DNA of 64,000 nucleotides from Geosiphon pyriformis uo1 (Eukaryota > Fungi > Glomeromycota): positions 496,001 through 560,000 of the forward strand of contig JAAOMT010000040.1 of the NCBI GenBank assembly GCA_016748015.1, given 5' to 3'. The position numbers were made by a program, and so were the translations under genes. Position 1 is the stretch's first letter. Each line of letters begins with the position of its first letter. This document shows positions 28,694 through 42,064 of this stretch, piece after piece. The notes beneath the pieces are model-generated. The model did no database searches and had not been told where the DNA came from. It worked only from the letters and a program-made list of their open reading frames with translations.

Positions 28694-29494
28694 ATATTAT
28701 TATAATTATAATATTAATTATTATTGTATTATTTTTTACTATTTATTTTATTAACATATTTATAAATATTATATTATTTATCTTAATAATAGTATTTGTT
28801 ATATTAATTATTAGCTTTTAAATAATAATAAATAAAAATTATTAATTACACATAAAATTAATAATTAATAAATAAACTAAATTATTAAATTTTTTTATTT
28901 TATTAATATAATTTGTTTACAATTTATATTATATCTTATGTATTTGATTTTTAAACTTAAAAAACCAATTATTATTTAAAAATATCTAAAAACAAAATTT
29001 AAACTTAATTTTAATTTAAATATTATATTTAAAACCAATAAAAATTTAAATATTATTCTTAAAATTAAACAATATTTAGTTTATTTTAATCTATATAAAA
29101 ATTTAGCTTAAATAAATTTATAATTTAAATAAAAAATTTGATTTTAAATATTTTAAACAATTATTATTAGTTTTAATACTTTATATTTTTTTAAATTTAA
29201 TTTTTAAAATTCCTAATACAATAATTTAAATTGTTAAATAATTTAACTTGGCAAAAAAAAATTAAGATTAAAAATTTATTAATATTAATATATTATATAT
29301 TATTTTATTATTACAAATAAATTTAATAAAACTAATATTATTAAATCAAAAAATTGCACAAATAATCTTTTTACTAATAGTTAAAATTATACAGTTTATT
29401 ATATTGATATTAAAAAAATTAAGATTAATAATTTAAATTTGTTAAATAAATTAATTTATTAGTTAACTATATAAAAAATTTAATATTAATTATT

Positions 29495-30900
29495 TAATTT
29501 TTTTACAAGTACAATCTAACCACTTTCTAAAAACATATAATCAAGAAAGATTTTAAATTAAGTATGATTTATGTTCTTTTTACATATGACCAGCAATTTG
29601 TGCCAGTCAAAGCAATACTATACATCTATATTATACACAATAGAAAAATTCTACATAAAACCAAAATACAAACTAGTCAAAAAAAAGTACAAACCAAAAC
29701 ACACATGTATATTTAACTTAACACCAAAGTTATGAATCATTTTAAGAGTTTACAAGAATAACAAATTCAAAATAAAAAAAAACAACTAACTTATTATAGA
29801 GCAAGAGACCATGTTTTTTATAATGTACTCTTAGTTATATGCTCAGCAACCAGATGTCAGTTCTGTAATCTTCAGCAAAACTCTTAACCAGATTGATAAC
29901 TATTACATTACTATTAGACCTAACACTTAGTAAACACATCATTTTATTTACCCATTTTTTAACACAAAGTCCTTAGCCAATGGCATGTACAAGTAATCAA
30001 AAAATTCTGCTTCATATAAGGATCAGATCATTTTACAATTAGCAATATAAGCACCTATTAAATTAATTTACTTTTGAATAGTGTTTGAGATCAGATTTTT
30101 TCTAATACAAATATTATAAATACATAAAAACACATGATCAGAGTTCTCAATTAGCCTACACCAGATGTATAACATACTAAGATAATTAAAATTATAAAGC
30201 CTTTTTCTCTTGGTCATAGACAAATAATAATGTATAATTTTTATAAAGTAGAATTTAAGTACTAAAAAATCAGAGCTGGTAAAACCAGACCTAACACAGC
30301 CATTAGAATATTATACAGCAAATATTCTGTGCATATTAAAGAGATTGCAAAATATCAAATCAACAGCACTATCAGTATATTTGGATTTTTAGCCAATAAA
30401 ACCAATAGTATCAAATATCTGTTTAATAAAGTGGCATGCATTTCCAAAAATTGGTTTACCTTTAACAACAAAAAAACAGTGTGGCATCTTGACAGATATA
30501 ATGAATTCAGATATAGTGGCTGTATTAGTAAAAAAGTCTATATACTTATTTCTAATAACACCAAAGTAACCTTTGGCCTTATTCTAACTGACTGATAAAT
30601 TTTTTGATATAATAGTTTAATAAATGTGCTTCCTTTTAATCCAGTATTTGTTACAAAAGTTGAAATCAACATATCTCACATTTAAAACACAAATGTTCAA
30701 AAAAGCTTGACTATTAGTAAATAATATAACTAAGCTAAACATAAGAACACAATCTAATATAAACATAATAGTTTATAGTTCCACCAGAGTTGAAAAGAGC
30801 AAACCATCCATCTTAATTCTAATATTTATATTAATATCCAAAAAATATGCAGCTGTACTACCATAAGCACTAACAAAACCAAAATTTTTAACTAAACTAT
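29495..30900 (-). mobile_element. 5'-truncated LINE fragment (LINE-C): RNase H, Zn finger, 3' UTR
   Basis: Reverse complement gives remnants of STLVELQ, NSQAFL, KVTLVLLEI, KRKRLYN and IENSDHVF. 3' UTR homologous to 27656-27770. Confidence 0.75.
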
Positions 30901-30904
30901 TGAA

Positions 30905-32250
30905 TTTATTTATTTTTATTAATATAATTTAATAAGCAAAGTTCAACTACTATTTAATATACAAAATTAGACTAAGTAACCCAAATTAGATACAACTTAC
31001 ATATTTACTACATATAGCCAGCCACTCAGGCCAAACAAGACAACATTATGCATTTATCACAACTCTCATACTGTCAATTAAACCTGAAAAAAAAAGCATG
31101 GCTTACATCTATCAAAACTAATAACAAAGAACTCAATGATACCAAGAAGTTAGACTATGCTATTCAACAACTTAGCTGCCAAGCCATGAAACAAATTATA
31201 TATTATTTCACTATTACTTGCTAAACCAGTTTTTTTTATTTTAGCTCTAAATCTAGCCCTATTGAACCAAACCAGTAAATAATGTTTCTTTATCAATTGA
31301 CTTACAAATAAAACAATAACTACTACAGCTTCCTTCTTAGTTTCAAATATTGTTAATGCTTCTACATACTAATCTCTAAACACAAAACTCTTATAAATTA
31401 CAATATACAAGCTTATATTCATCAAACAATAAAAGAAAGTTCTCAGTATAACAAAAGATAAAAGATCATATAAACCAGTCATAAAAATCTACTTATCAAA
31501 AAACTCCACAAGAATATTCTCATGGCTTTTAACATTTTTAATGCACATAAAAGCATAATATAGAAGCTTTACTTCACTACACAGCAAACACAACACATTT
31601 AGATAATCCTTATTATATAATCTTTTTCTGACCACTATTAGTAAATGCTTATATATAGCTTTTATTAGATAAGTTTGCAAATTAGCAGACTTTCTACTGG
31701 TAAAGCCAAATAACATATGCAAATCAAAGTGCCATACCTTAGCAGTAGATAGCCAATTTATTTCTTTAATCAAAGCATTAGGTATTATTCAAGAAATAGA
31801 TCTGTATATATCTTAGATAAAGTGATATGTATTGTCAGAAACAAACAAGATTCAGTAATCTCATCAGTTATTTAATCAGTCTTATTATTACTCCACACCT
31901 TTAAAAAATCCTTGACTTTTATCTACTTAACTAAAAAATTCTTATTTTTTATTAAATTGTTTATATGTTTCTCTTTATTCAACAACAGTTGCAAAAATCT
32001 GGCACAGCATAATTAATTTTAGCAGCACATATATTAATAGCTATTTGGCTGTTTAAATGTAGAACTATTATACAAGACAAAAAGACACATTCCAAAAACA
32101 AAACAACAATTTGTAGTTCAGTCAAAGTAAATAACAGAAGACTATCTACTTCAATATCAATATCTATATTTACAGCAAAAAAATATGCAGCAGTCTTATT
32201 AGTAACTTCAAAAGAGTCTAGGTTTTTTAAAGAGTTATCTATATACATAA
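30905..32250 (-). mobile_element. 5'-truncated LINE fragment (LINE-D): RNase H, Zn finger, 3' UTR
   Basis: ORFs 31979-32248 (YIDNSL...TLTELQIV...NSQIAI) and 31489-31773 (VWHFDLHM...RKRLYNK...CLLCSEV) match LINE-B ORF2. Confidence 0.8.
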
Positions 32251-34479
32251 TTGGGTTTAATTTTATTTTATTAATACTATTTAATTTTAATTAAATAAAA
32301 AAATCAAGAATTAGTTTAGATTTTTAAATTTAAACCATTTATATATTATTTAAATTTTATTAAATTAATAAATTTTTATATATGATAAAAATTATAAGTT
32401 TAATTAAATCTTTAATTATTTTAATATTGAAATAAAAAACTTATTATTATTATAATTTATTATTAATTTTATTAATTTTTGTTTTTATTATAATATTATA
32501 TTATTTGCTTAAAAAATTCTATTAAATATTATTAATTTACTTTAAAAAAATCAAAAAATCAAATCTATTTTAACAAATGTAAATTGAAATATTAATTTAT
32601 AATTACTTAAATATATAAAAAAAAATCAAAAACCTAAATTATATTAATATTAAATTAATATTAAATACAAAATTAATTAAAAAATAAAATTATAAAGTTT
32701 ATAATATTATCAAAAAAAATACAACAAATACTTAATAATAAATTAATTTAATTATTAATGAATTTGGTTATTACTAATTATATTAATCATAAAAAAAATC
32801 AATTTTATGTAAATTATTAAAAATTAATAATATTAATTATAAAGTAAATATTTAAATTTATTATTAATAAAACTTTAGAAAATTTTAAACATAAAAAGTA
32901 AATTTTAACTTTAAATATTATAAGTAAATATTGATAAATTAAAATAAATTTCAAAACTTAAAAAAAAACAGTTTTTATTATTTAAATAATATTAATATTT
33001 TTTCATTTATTTGTTGAGTATTTACCTTATTTTTAACAAGTATTTAAATATTTTCAAAATGTTAGATTAAAACTTAATATTAAAAAATATTTTTTAAAAA
33101 AACTTAATTTTTGGGTTATATTATTAAGACAAATTTAAATTTAACTTAAAAAATTAAAATTTTAAAGTAGTTATATTAATTATTAACTTGATTTTAAAAA
33201 AAATTAACAACTATTCTAATCAATAATATATAACATATTATTAATAAATTTTAAAAAAATGTTATTATTTGTAAAACAAAATAAAATTTAAATATTAATT
33301 TCAAATATTTAATAAAAAATTCAATTTAAAATCTTAAATTGTTTAAATAAAAAATTTTAAAATAATAAAACAAAAAAAAATTATTAAATTCAAAAGTAAT
33401 AACAAAATTAAAATAAATATTATAATAATTACTAAGATAATAAAAAAGTAAATTAAAATTTAATAAAACTAATAGTAATTAAATAAAATTTAACATAAAA
33501 TAAAATTTAACATTTAAAAAAAAATTTTATCTAATAAATAAATTAAAAATTAAAATATTATAAAAAATTAAATTTAAACTTATTTTAAATAAAAATAAAT
33601 ATTATAAACAATATTTACATAAATTAATAAATTAAATTTTAAAACATGGTAAAATACTAACTAAAACAAAATATATTAATAAATATAGATAATAAAAATA
33701 AATAGATTTATATATCTTTAACAATTAAATAAATATAATTACAACAAAATAAATATTATTTTAAAAATTGTTGTTTATTAATAGTAAAATTTAACATATA
33801 TAATAAATTAAATATTTGACAAATTATTAGATAGTTAATAATAAATTATTAATAATATTAATATTATTTTATTTATTTTAATAAGTATAATCCAATTGCT
33901 TTTTTAATACAATACAACATAAAATATTTTAAATTAGATATAACTTATATAATTAACCATTTTTTAATATTATATTAAAAAAACAATTCAATTAATTACT
34001 AATAAAAATATGATTGCACATTACACAAAACATTTAAAAATACAAATTTACTGTTATTTTAACAAAATTTAAAAAATACATTGAACAAAATATATTAATA
34101 AATATAAAAAATTGCAAAAAAACTTATTATAATTAGAATTGTTTTATATTGACTTAATATATTAATTTATAAATTTTAATAATATTACCAAGAAAATTTT
34201 TACAATAATTAAAAATATAAAAGAAAGAATATAATTTGAGTTTTGTTTATTTTTATAATAAACAAAAAAACATACATTAATAATACATATAAGTATATAT
34301 TTTATTCTAATAATAGCAAAAAAAAATTTAGGCCAAAATAAAAAATTGTTATTATACAAAAAAGAAAATATAATATTAATTATAATTAGAAAAATTTTTA
34401 CAAAAATTGATAGATAATTATAACTTAAACTTGCTAATATTTAAAATCATCCAATAATTTTAAATAAACACATTGTTAT

Positions 34480-35070
34480 TAAAGCCAAAAAAAATACAGG
34501 CATTTTTGCTTTTGATAACAGTTTAAATTGTGCAGTATATCAAAAAATGTTTCAATAATATAATAAATAAGTCTTATACTTAGAAAAAACAACCAAAAAT
34601 ACATAATACATATTTTGAACCAAATAATTAATATCAAATTATTTTAATAAAACAGCCTAAAGAAATGTTTTAAGTTTTATTAAATAGGCTTTTGGCTAAA
34701 TCCAAAAAATGCGAAAATAAAAATAATTAGACTTTTGTTGTGCATGTCAAGTAATTTCTTTGAAACCAAATTTTTTAACACAAAAAAGTGCAATTACAGA
34801 AGTAAATAAAAAAGCAGAATACAAATGTATTTTTTATCCTAAATTTTATTGAGAGATATTGGAGAAAAGCCAAATGTTATGTTAAAGAAAATTGTGATTA
34901 TTTATGAACAGAACTACAACAAATTGTATCTTAAAGTTTCGAATCTGTGTCATTAATTGCAATTAGAAAATTTGCTAGAAAAACTTGGTATTATATGAAA
35001 AAAAATTCGTGGTTAACTTGCAGAATATGCAGTTAAAAAATACAAGTCTTATAAAAAATTTCAGATAGTA
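34480..35070 (+). pseudogene. Degraded IS630-Tc1-mariner-type (DDE) transposase C-terminal half
   Basis: Hand translation across deletions: GIFAFDNS, CCACQVISL, KCIFYPKF[deletion]IERYW, CYVKENCDY, IRKFARKTW, AEYAVKKYKS. This matches the fungal PKFHCELNxIExxW transposase family as recalled from memory. Confidence 0.7.
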
Positions 35071-36062
35071 TTTTAGAACAATTAAATTAAGTTCATATTA
35101 AATAAATATATAATTTTATTTTAATTGATAAAATCGTTTTTATATGACTGAAATTACATAAAAATATACAATTCCAAATTTCGAACTAATAATCAAAACT
35201 TGATAATTTTAATAATTGCTAAAATAAGATCTTCAAATAACAATCGAAATTAGAAGACCAAAAAATAAAACATGCTTGATTATAAATTTAGACTATTATT
35301 AAATTATATTATTTTAAAACAATTAATTGTTTTAATTCTTATTTTATTTAGTTAAAATGCAATATTAAATAATTAATAATTAAATAATTATTATTCACAA
35401 TTAACAAGTTTAATAAAAAACAAATTTAATTGGTTTTGTTAAAATATATAAAGAAAAAAAGGAACATTTAAATTAAACCAATGATATAAATATTTTAATG
35501 ATGTTTCCTTATAAAATAAATGAGTATTATCTTATTAACTGAGATTTTATAAAAACGAAATCAAATATTGACATTTAAAGTGGCATAAAAACACTATCTA
35601 TAAAAAATAGTATCATAAAAAATGATTATTTTGAATTCTATTGACTTAAAATCAAAGCTTTTTAATAAAATTTTGCTTAAAAGTATCATTTTAATGAAAA
35701 GTTAACCATATTTGAGAGTAACACCAAATATAAATATGTTAATAAGATAAATATAATTTATACATTAGGTGCAAAAGAAATTTTTATTCGGTACGTGTTG
35801 AAATAATTAAGAGTAGACCTCACGGAGTTGTAAATGTTGATGTAGCGTCAGGAACACAAAGTAATTAATTTTGGATTAAGTGACCCTTTATGGTAAACTA
35901 ACAGATTTATTCCTGTGTTCCCGAACAACGATAAAATATTTGTGGGACATAAATATAGATCCGAGCAGGTACGTCAATTTTTCAAAACTTGATCAGCATA
36001 CCAGGAATCCCAAATATGACGAATTACATGATTATTTTTTTGGCAAGACATCAGCCAGATTT

Positions 36063-37999
36063 TTAATTTTTCGGCCTCTTGGACAGGTGCCCACCAAATC
36101 CACTATTAGTATAACGGTCGCCAATCTGTCCAATATCTCCTATGACTTGGTGGCTGTTATTGTTGGTATTAATGGATGGTGGAGCGTTGCTATCACCATC
36201 GTTATTTGGCCTTTTGCTCGCAGCTCCAGTTACTGATACATTATGGAGCGAGAAATATGTGTTGGATACTGTACCACAATCGAGATTTAAAAATCGATGT
36301 TTTTACCTGAAGGCTGAGACTTCTTAGTTGGAGAAGTTTCGGCTGCTCTCCTTGCTCTTTCCCTCTGCCGCCCCTCCAAAACCAACCTACTGTCGATACG
36401 ATTCCCATTTTCATCCCAGAAGGGAGTGTTTAGGATTTCTTCGTCAGAGAAGAATTCATCCATGTCGATGGTTGCATTAGAATGGAAAGAATCCTCAGGT
36501 TCTAATGCGCCAATTTCGTCTTCAACAACTATTTCTTGATCTTCGGTAGAATTAGATTGAAAAGAGATATCAAGAGCGGGATTTTCGTTACATTTGATAG
36601 TTGAGTCCAAGCTCAATGAAGATGACTGTTTTGGAGTTTTATTATTAAAGCTGATATTTAAGGATGCTGACGAATTGTTATGAGTGTCTGAGGAGCACAA
36701 AGGTACCGAGTTCACCGATGTCTGTAAACCATTATTGTTAAAGCCGGGATTTCCCTGCCCTGTTTGACTACTCTTAGAAGGGTTTGAGGTTAAAACCAAT
36801 TGTTGGGATATATTATTAATGTCAGAGCTGGGGTTTGGGTGCGTTAATTGATTGTTATTTGCATTGGAAGAACATAAGGGGACAGACTTTACTGATGTTA
36901 TATTGTTAAGGTTGTCATTTCGTTGAGTGTTTAAAGTTGAATTAAAGTTGAAAGAATTTGATTGTTGTGCCATGTCATATTTAATATTGGAGCCAGTTTT
37001 TGAGTGAACGATATGATCGTTGTTTGTGTTGGAAGAGCGAAAAGGTGCTCCATTCAAGGATGGCTTTAGCGTATTGTTAAGAACAGCATTTTTTTGCGTG
37101 TTTATAGCCGAATTAGGGTTGAATGTTGTTTGTGGGGACATGTGATTATTGTTGAAGCTGGCATTTGGATTCGCTATTTGTTTGTTATACAGATGAGAGG
37201 ATGGTGAAGCATTTGACTTCAATGCAACATTTGATTGATTATTTTTATCGGGTGTAAAATTGAAAGAAACCAATTGTTGCGCCATAGGGTTATTAAGACC
37301 GGAATTGGTGGGCATGATTTGTTTTCCATTCAAATGTGAAGAGTTCGAAGTCTTTAATGTTGTTGAATAGTTTGGTGCATTAATGTTAGTTGAGGCAATA
37401 TCCGAGTTAGCCGTTTGGGTTTTAACAGCGGTTTTGGTATTGAAACTCCCTAAAGTTTCTGGGATGGGGGGTGGCAGGACGAAAATTGGGGCCCGATGCA
37501 ATTCCTCTATTTCAATCTTGTGAATAGGCGGTGCCTTCATTTTTTGGATTTGCTGAAGGTAATTTTTATCATACATGCAATTTCCCATTATATTTCCGAA
37601 AGTCTTTAATGCGCGTTTGGTTGCATCGGTTATGGCTTCCTTTTTGGCTTTGGCGAAAGCTTGTGCTTTTGATTTGGCGTTATCTACATTACCATACCCA
37701 ATATCTTCATGAAAAGTTCCGTCTCTTAGGAAAACTTTTACGATGGCTGAAACGCCTATTGATACTCGTCCATCACCAACCTCATCAACAAAATCTATAG
37801 TAATCTCAGTAATATTAGAGGACCAGCCGTTAAATCCAAATACTTCATTTGCAAGATTCATAGCTTTCCATCCTTCCAAGTAATATACTTTAGCGCCTCC
37901 TGGGCCTGGACGGGATGCGACATATTCGGGACCCAAACGTTGAGTTAATTTTTGTGATAAATAGGTGATTTCTTGAGTTGTATATTGTCGGTTGTCCAT
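36063..37999 (-). CDS. RAD52: DNA repair/recombination protein Rad52, 2 exons (37999-36307, 36232-36063), ~620 aa
   Basis: Rad52/Rad22 domain: LGPEYVASRPGPGG...YLEGWKAMNLANEVFGFNGWSS...DGTFHEDIGYG...KAKKEAITDATKRALKTFGN. The 74-bp intron GTAAAA...TCAG leads to an in-frame exon ending SKRPKN*. Confidence 0.93.
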
Positions 38000-40519
38000 G
38001 AGGTTTAGTTTGAGATTACCAAACTGCGGAGTCCGACAGATATGATATTATTGAGGTTTCGAACCTTTTTGGAGTGTTTCTAATAGTACAAAATTGATAT
38101 TTCTGTAGCGAGTAAAAGACTTGAGAACCGTCTTTTGAAAAGGAATGTAATTAAAAAATCAAACACTGCCTTAGCCATTTGTTCAATAATTAAATTGCTT
38201 GTTTTGAAAGGAATAAGAGGATAACCAATTATCTCGTCCAGATTATCACTTAAAAATTTCCCTTTAGTAGATTTTAAAAATAATAACAGATGACTGATCA
38301 TCTACAAATTGGTCATTTAATTTTCGTGGTAACTCTAGCTTTAAACCAATCAGCCTTTTTTGTTTGAACACCATCTTTTCATATAAACATGCAAGTCCGA
38401 ATTTTTTATCTATGTTTATAATAATTATTTTTTTTTACTTTCAAATTTGATTAAATAAACTTTTGTTTAATTCTTAATAAATAATATTCGGGTTGTTTAA
38501 TAAGTTACAAAAAAGTTAATAGTTGCAAATTATAAGTTTTTAAAGTTTGAACATTATAAAAAAATATATAATTATTATTTCCTATATTTATCTTTGGTTA
38601 TGTAAGTGTAATCTTTTTATTATTTATTATTTTAATTCTTATACATATTTAAAGTAGATGTAATTTTACATTTAATTAGTTATCCAAACTTATTAAAATT
38701 AACAAAATATTTAACAATTATTTAAATTAATATGTTTAATAAAATATATGTGTATTAATTTTGGTAAAAGAATATTATTTAAAACAGATAAGTTATTTAA
38801 AAAAACAACAAATTTTATTATAGTATTTATTATCAAAACCAAACTTAATCATTACAAAAACTAGTTTTTTATTTTTTTATTAGATTTTAAGATTTAATAA
38901 ATAATACAATTTTAATAAATCAAGTAATTTAAGAACATTTATTATTGCTATTATAAAAATATTTTCTAAGACTTAAATATTTATTATATTTAAATATTTA
39001 ATATATAATATACGTTTTTAAGCATAAAACTAAAAAATATTTCTAATATTTAATTAAGTATTAATAATATTTTTGTTAAAATTGCAATTTTAAACATTTT
39101 ATTTTTTAAAATTTAATTAAAAACCTTTTTAAAACTAATTAAATAAATTATATTTATATATATATATTTTTTAAAATTATTATTAATATTATAGTTTTTA
39201 ACATTTTATTTAAATAATTATTAATAATTTTAAACAAAATTTTTAAAAAACAACTTTTTTTACAAATAAAACACAATAAATAAAACAATAATGTTTTAAA
39301 GTTTTTAAATTTTTTTTATTAAAAATAGTAAAAAACTACTTGTTTGTAGTTATCTAAGTTTAACAAAAATATTAATTCTTTAAATTACTATATTAACAAA
39401 ATAAAAACAAAAGATCTGTTTTTTTATTTAATTTAAAGTATTTTTAATTAACTTAAATAATTAATTATATATTATTTTTAATATAATTTATAATTATGTA
39501 TAATATTTATATTATATAAATAAGTTTTAAATAAATTATATTTGTAATATAAAACAATTAATAAATAAATAAAAATTTTATTTAATTTAATTATAAAAAT
39601 TAGTCCTATTAAATTTCTATTTAAAATATATTATTTAAAAATAATAGTAATTTTAATTATTTTATAATATTTTTATTGTTTAATTTTTTGGTTTTATTAA
39701 TTAATTAATTATAATAAATTATGTATATTATTATTTATATTATCTTAATTATTTTAAAATTAAAATTAATAAATAAATAATTATTAAATTAATTATTAAT
39801 TTTTAAAAATACAAAACTTCTTTCTCTCCTTCATCCAAAATTCCCAAAAAAGAGACAAGAGTTTTTTCAAAAAAAGTTTTTTTACCATTCAGTATGATAA
39901 ATCAAAACTGTTCTTTGATTACGAAGCCACTATTGGTCCTGTTATTGCTGTTATGAAAAAGACTATTAAAGTTTCTGGGTCTGAATGTGATTTCAAGATG
40001 GTTGAGTTGAGGAAGAAAAGGAAGAGAGGTGTATTGGCAGAGAGTATTGATAATAAAGGGGTTGCTGCTGAAGCTTCTGGTGCTCGTTTATGGGGTTCTG
40101 AAACAAGTGATACTACTGAATCTGAGAGTATTGACATGGAGGAGGAGTGCTTGGTTGAAGAAACCAGTATTGACTATGATGAAAGTGATGCTTTCATGGA
40201 AGAAAATCCTAATCAGATGCCAAAAAATATGCATGTAAAGACCAAAAAAGTGTTATGGAAGCCTCTGAGTGTGATTGATTATGGTACTGTCAATACAGAT
40301 GATGACATGTTAGACGATTCCTTTTTTTTCCTGCCCCTTCTATCTATCAAACTGACCATTCAAGTGTTTGTTTGCAAATCCTTTGCTTTAGATATTAATC
40401 TTGTGGCCATTGCTGGGAAGTCCTTTCAGGAAAAATTGAGTTTTATCAGGAAAATTTTTTCAAGTGTAAATGGTTTTGGGGGGGCTTCTACTCCCTCAAA
40501 ATTTGCTGGAATTATTTGT

Positions 40520-41367
40520 TGTTACAGTGATTATTTGGAGTCTCAAGTCAAATAACAAATCTGTAACTTGGTGCTCAAAAGCTATTTGCATTGATAATAA
40601 ACTGAAGGTTTTAGAATCTAAAGGTTTTTTCCAATGAGTCCTTTGTATAATGAACAGAGATTCAATAGTTGTTTTATCTGTAGCTTTCCAAACTCGCAAG
40701 TCTGTCAATTTTTTTCTTGGCTTGGTGGCTGGCAATCCTCTGGTAAGTAATCCGTATTTTCTGTATATGTCCTACCTACTTGCAGGGGTCTTTTACCAGG
40801 CAATTCTTGACATCAGTAATCAGCGCTTTTAATCAATTGGTTAGTGCACAATAACAAAATCACAAAAAATAAAAAAAATAACAAAATAAAGAAATGTAAA
40901 GAAATAAGCCAAGACATTTGGTAAACTAGTATCCCATCAATAGTCATAATTAAGAGCTATTGTTCCAGCATGGTTAAGTATTAATTACTATTAACATGAA
41001 GTGTTGATAGTGGAAAGTGGATTGAGATATGAAATAATTATTTATTTGATGATTTTGTTTTTAGGCTAAGAATTCTGTGATATCGATTCTGTCTTTTCTG
41101 TTTCTAACACTACTGCTATATATACATATTTGAGATTCCTTAATTTCTCAATTTTTCATGATGGGAATCCTAGAATTTTTGGAATCCTGCGATTCCTTTG
41201 AGAGGAATTCTGGAATTCTGGAACCCTGCAATTCCTTGTCGGGAAATCCTAAAATTCCTGGAATCCTGCAATTCTTGAGAAAAATTCTAGAATTCCACAT
41301 TTACTATGCCTACTTCTGATTGGCTAATAATCATACTAATATATTTTCTATATTTTTATAAGTAATA
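40520..41367 (-). repeat. 3' LTR of A3 (848 bp)
   Basis: Gap-free match to 49794-50641. TGTTAC/GTAACA-type termini. Array of ~9-10-bp GAATTCCAG-like repeats in U3. Confidence 0.95.
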
Positions 41368-41382
41368 TTATTCCCTCCTTTT
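41368..41382 (-). other. Polypurine tract of A3
   Basis: Minus strand AAAAGGAGGGAATAA lies directly before the 3' LTR. Confidence 0.85.
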
Positions 41383-42064
41383 AATATTGAGCTCCATTGA
41401 AATCTAACTTGTTTAATTCCCCCTTTTGAAGTATTTTCTGGATTTCATTTTTAAGAATTACTTGTATTATTTGGGTCTGTAATTCTTCAAATTGAGCATT
41501 GATGATCTTTCCCAATTGATTACTGGTAACCATATCCATTGTTTTGTTGAATAATATTTCTGGTCTATCCTGAAATACTGTGTGTATTCAATATATGGCT
41601 TGGGCCTGTGTGGATAAGTTGTTCTTTCCCACAAAATGTTCTAATTGTTGTAGTATTCTTTTGTCAAATAATCGCTTTGTTTTATCCATATATAGATTCT
41701 GGATATTTACGTGTTGTCCCAAGTAAAAATAACAATAGTTTTGTGGAAATTGTTGTATCCACTAATTCCAAGTTTCTTTAGTCAACTCTTGATATAGTGA
41801 CTCTTTTGTTGACTCTCTTATTGCTAATTTTACTTTCGCAATAATTTTGGCCACCATATTTTCAGTTTTCTTCTGTGTTCTGAGTTGCAATGTTTTTCTA
41901 GTATCTTGATATCGAATGGTTTGTTGATTGATTGTAATCTCCATTTTCTGGTGTTGGATTAATTGAAAGAGTTGTTGTGCTAGTAAGTGAATGTTGTCTG
42001 TAATTTCCATTTTTCTGATATTTCCTGTTGCATCTACTGTGTTTTTATATATTCTTTTTATGGA
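41381..42064 (-). pseudogene. Extra reading frame of unknown function between integrase and PPT (~210-230 codons)
   Basis: MEITDNIHLLAQQLFQLIQ...ELNKLDFNGAQY* with only two internal stops (TAG, TGA). A homologous segment lies at ~12610-13328 in A1. Confidence 0.7.

Noticed and set aside
35880-36327. Plus-strand ORFs next to RAD52
   Set aside because: They are antisense to the proposed RAD52 intron, last exon and 3' UTR, with no motifs.
39805-39816. LINE-B target-site duplication (aaaaataca on both sides)
   Set aside because: Plausible, but not distinguishable from chance in A-rich flanks merged with the poly(A) tail.
41130-41300. GAATTCC-type repeat array as CRISPR or an independent satellite
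   Set aside because: No unique spacers, eukaryotic context, and it is part of the LTR U3 in several copies.
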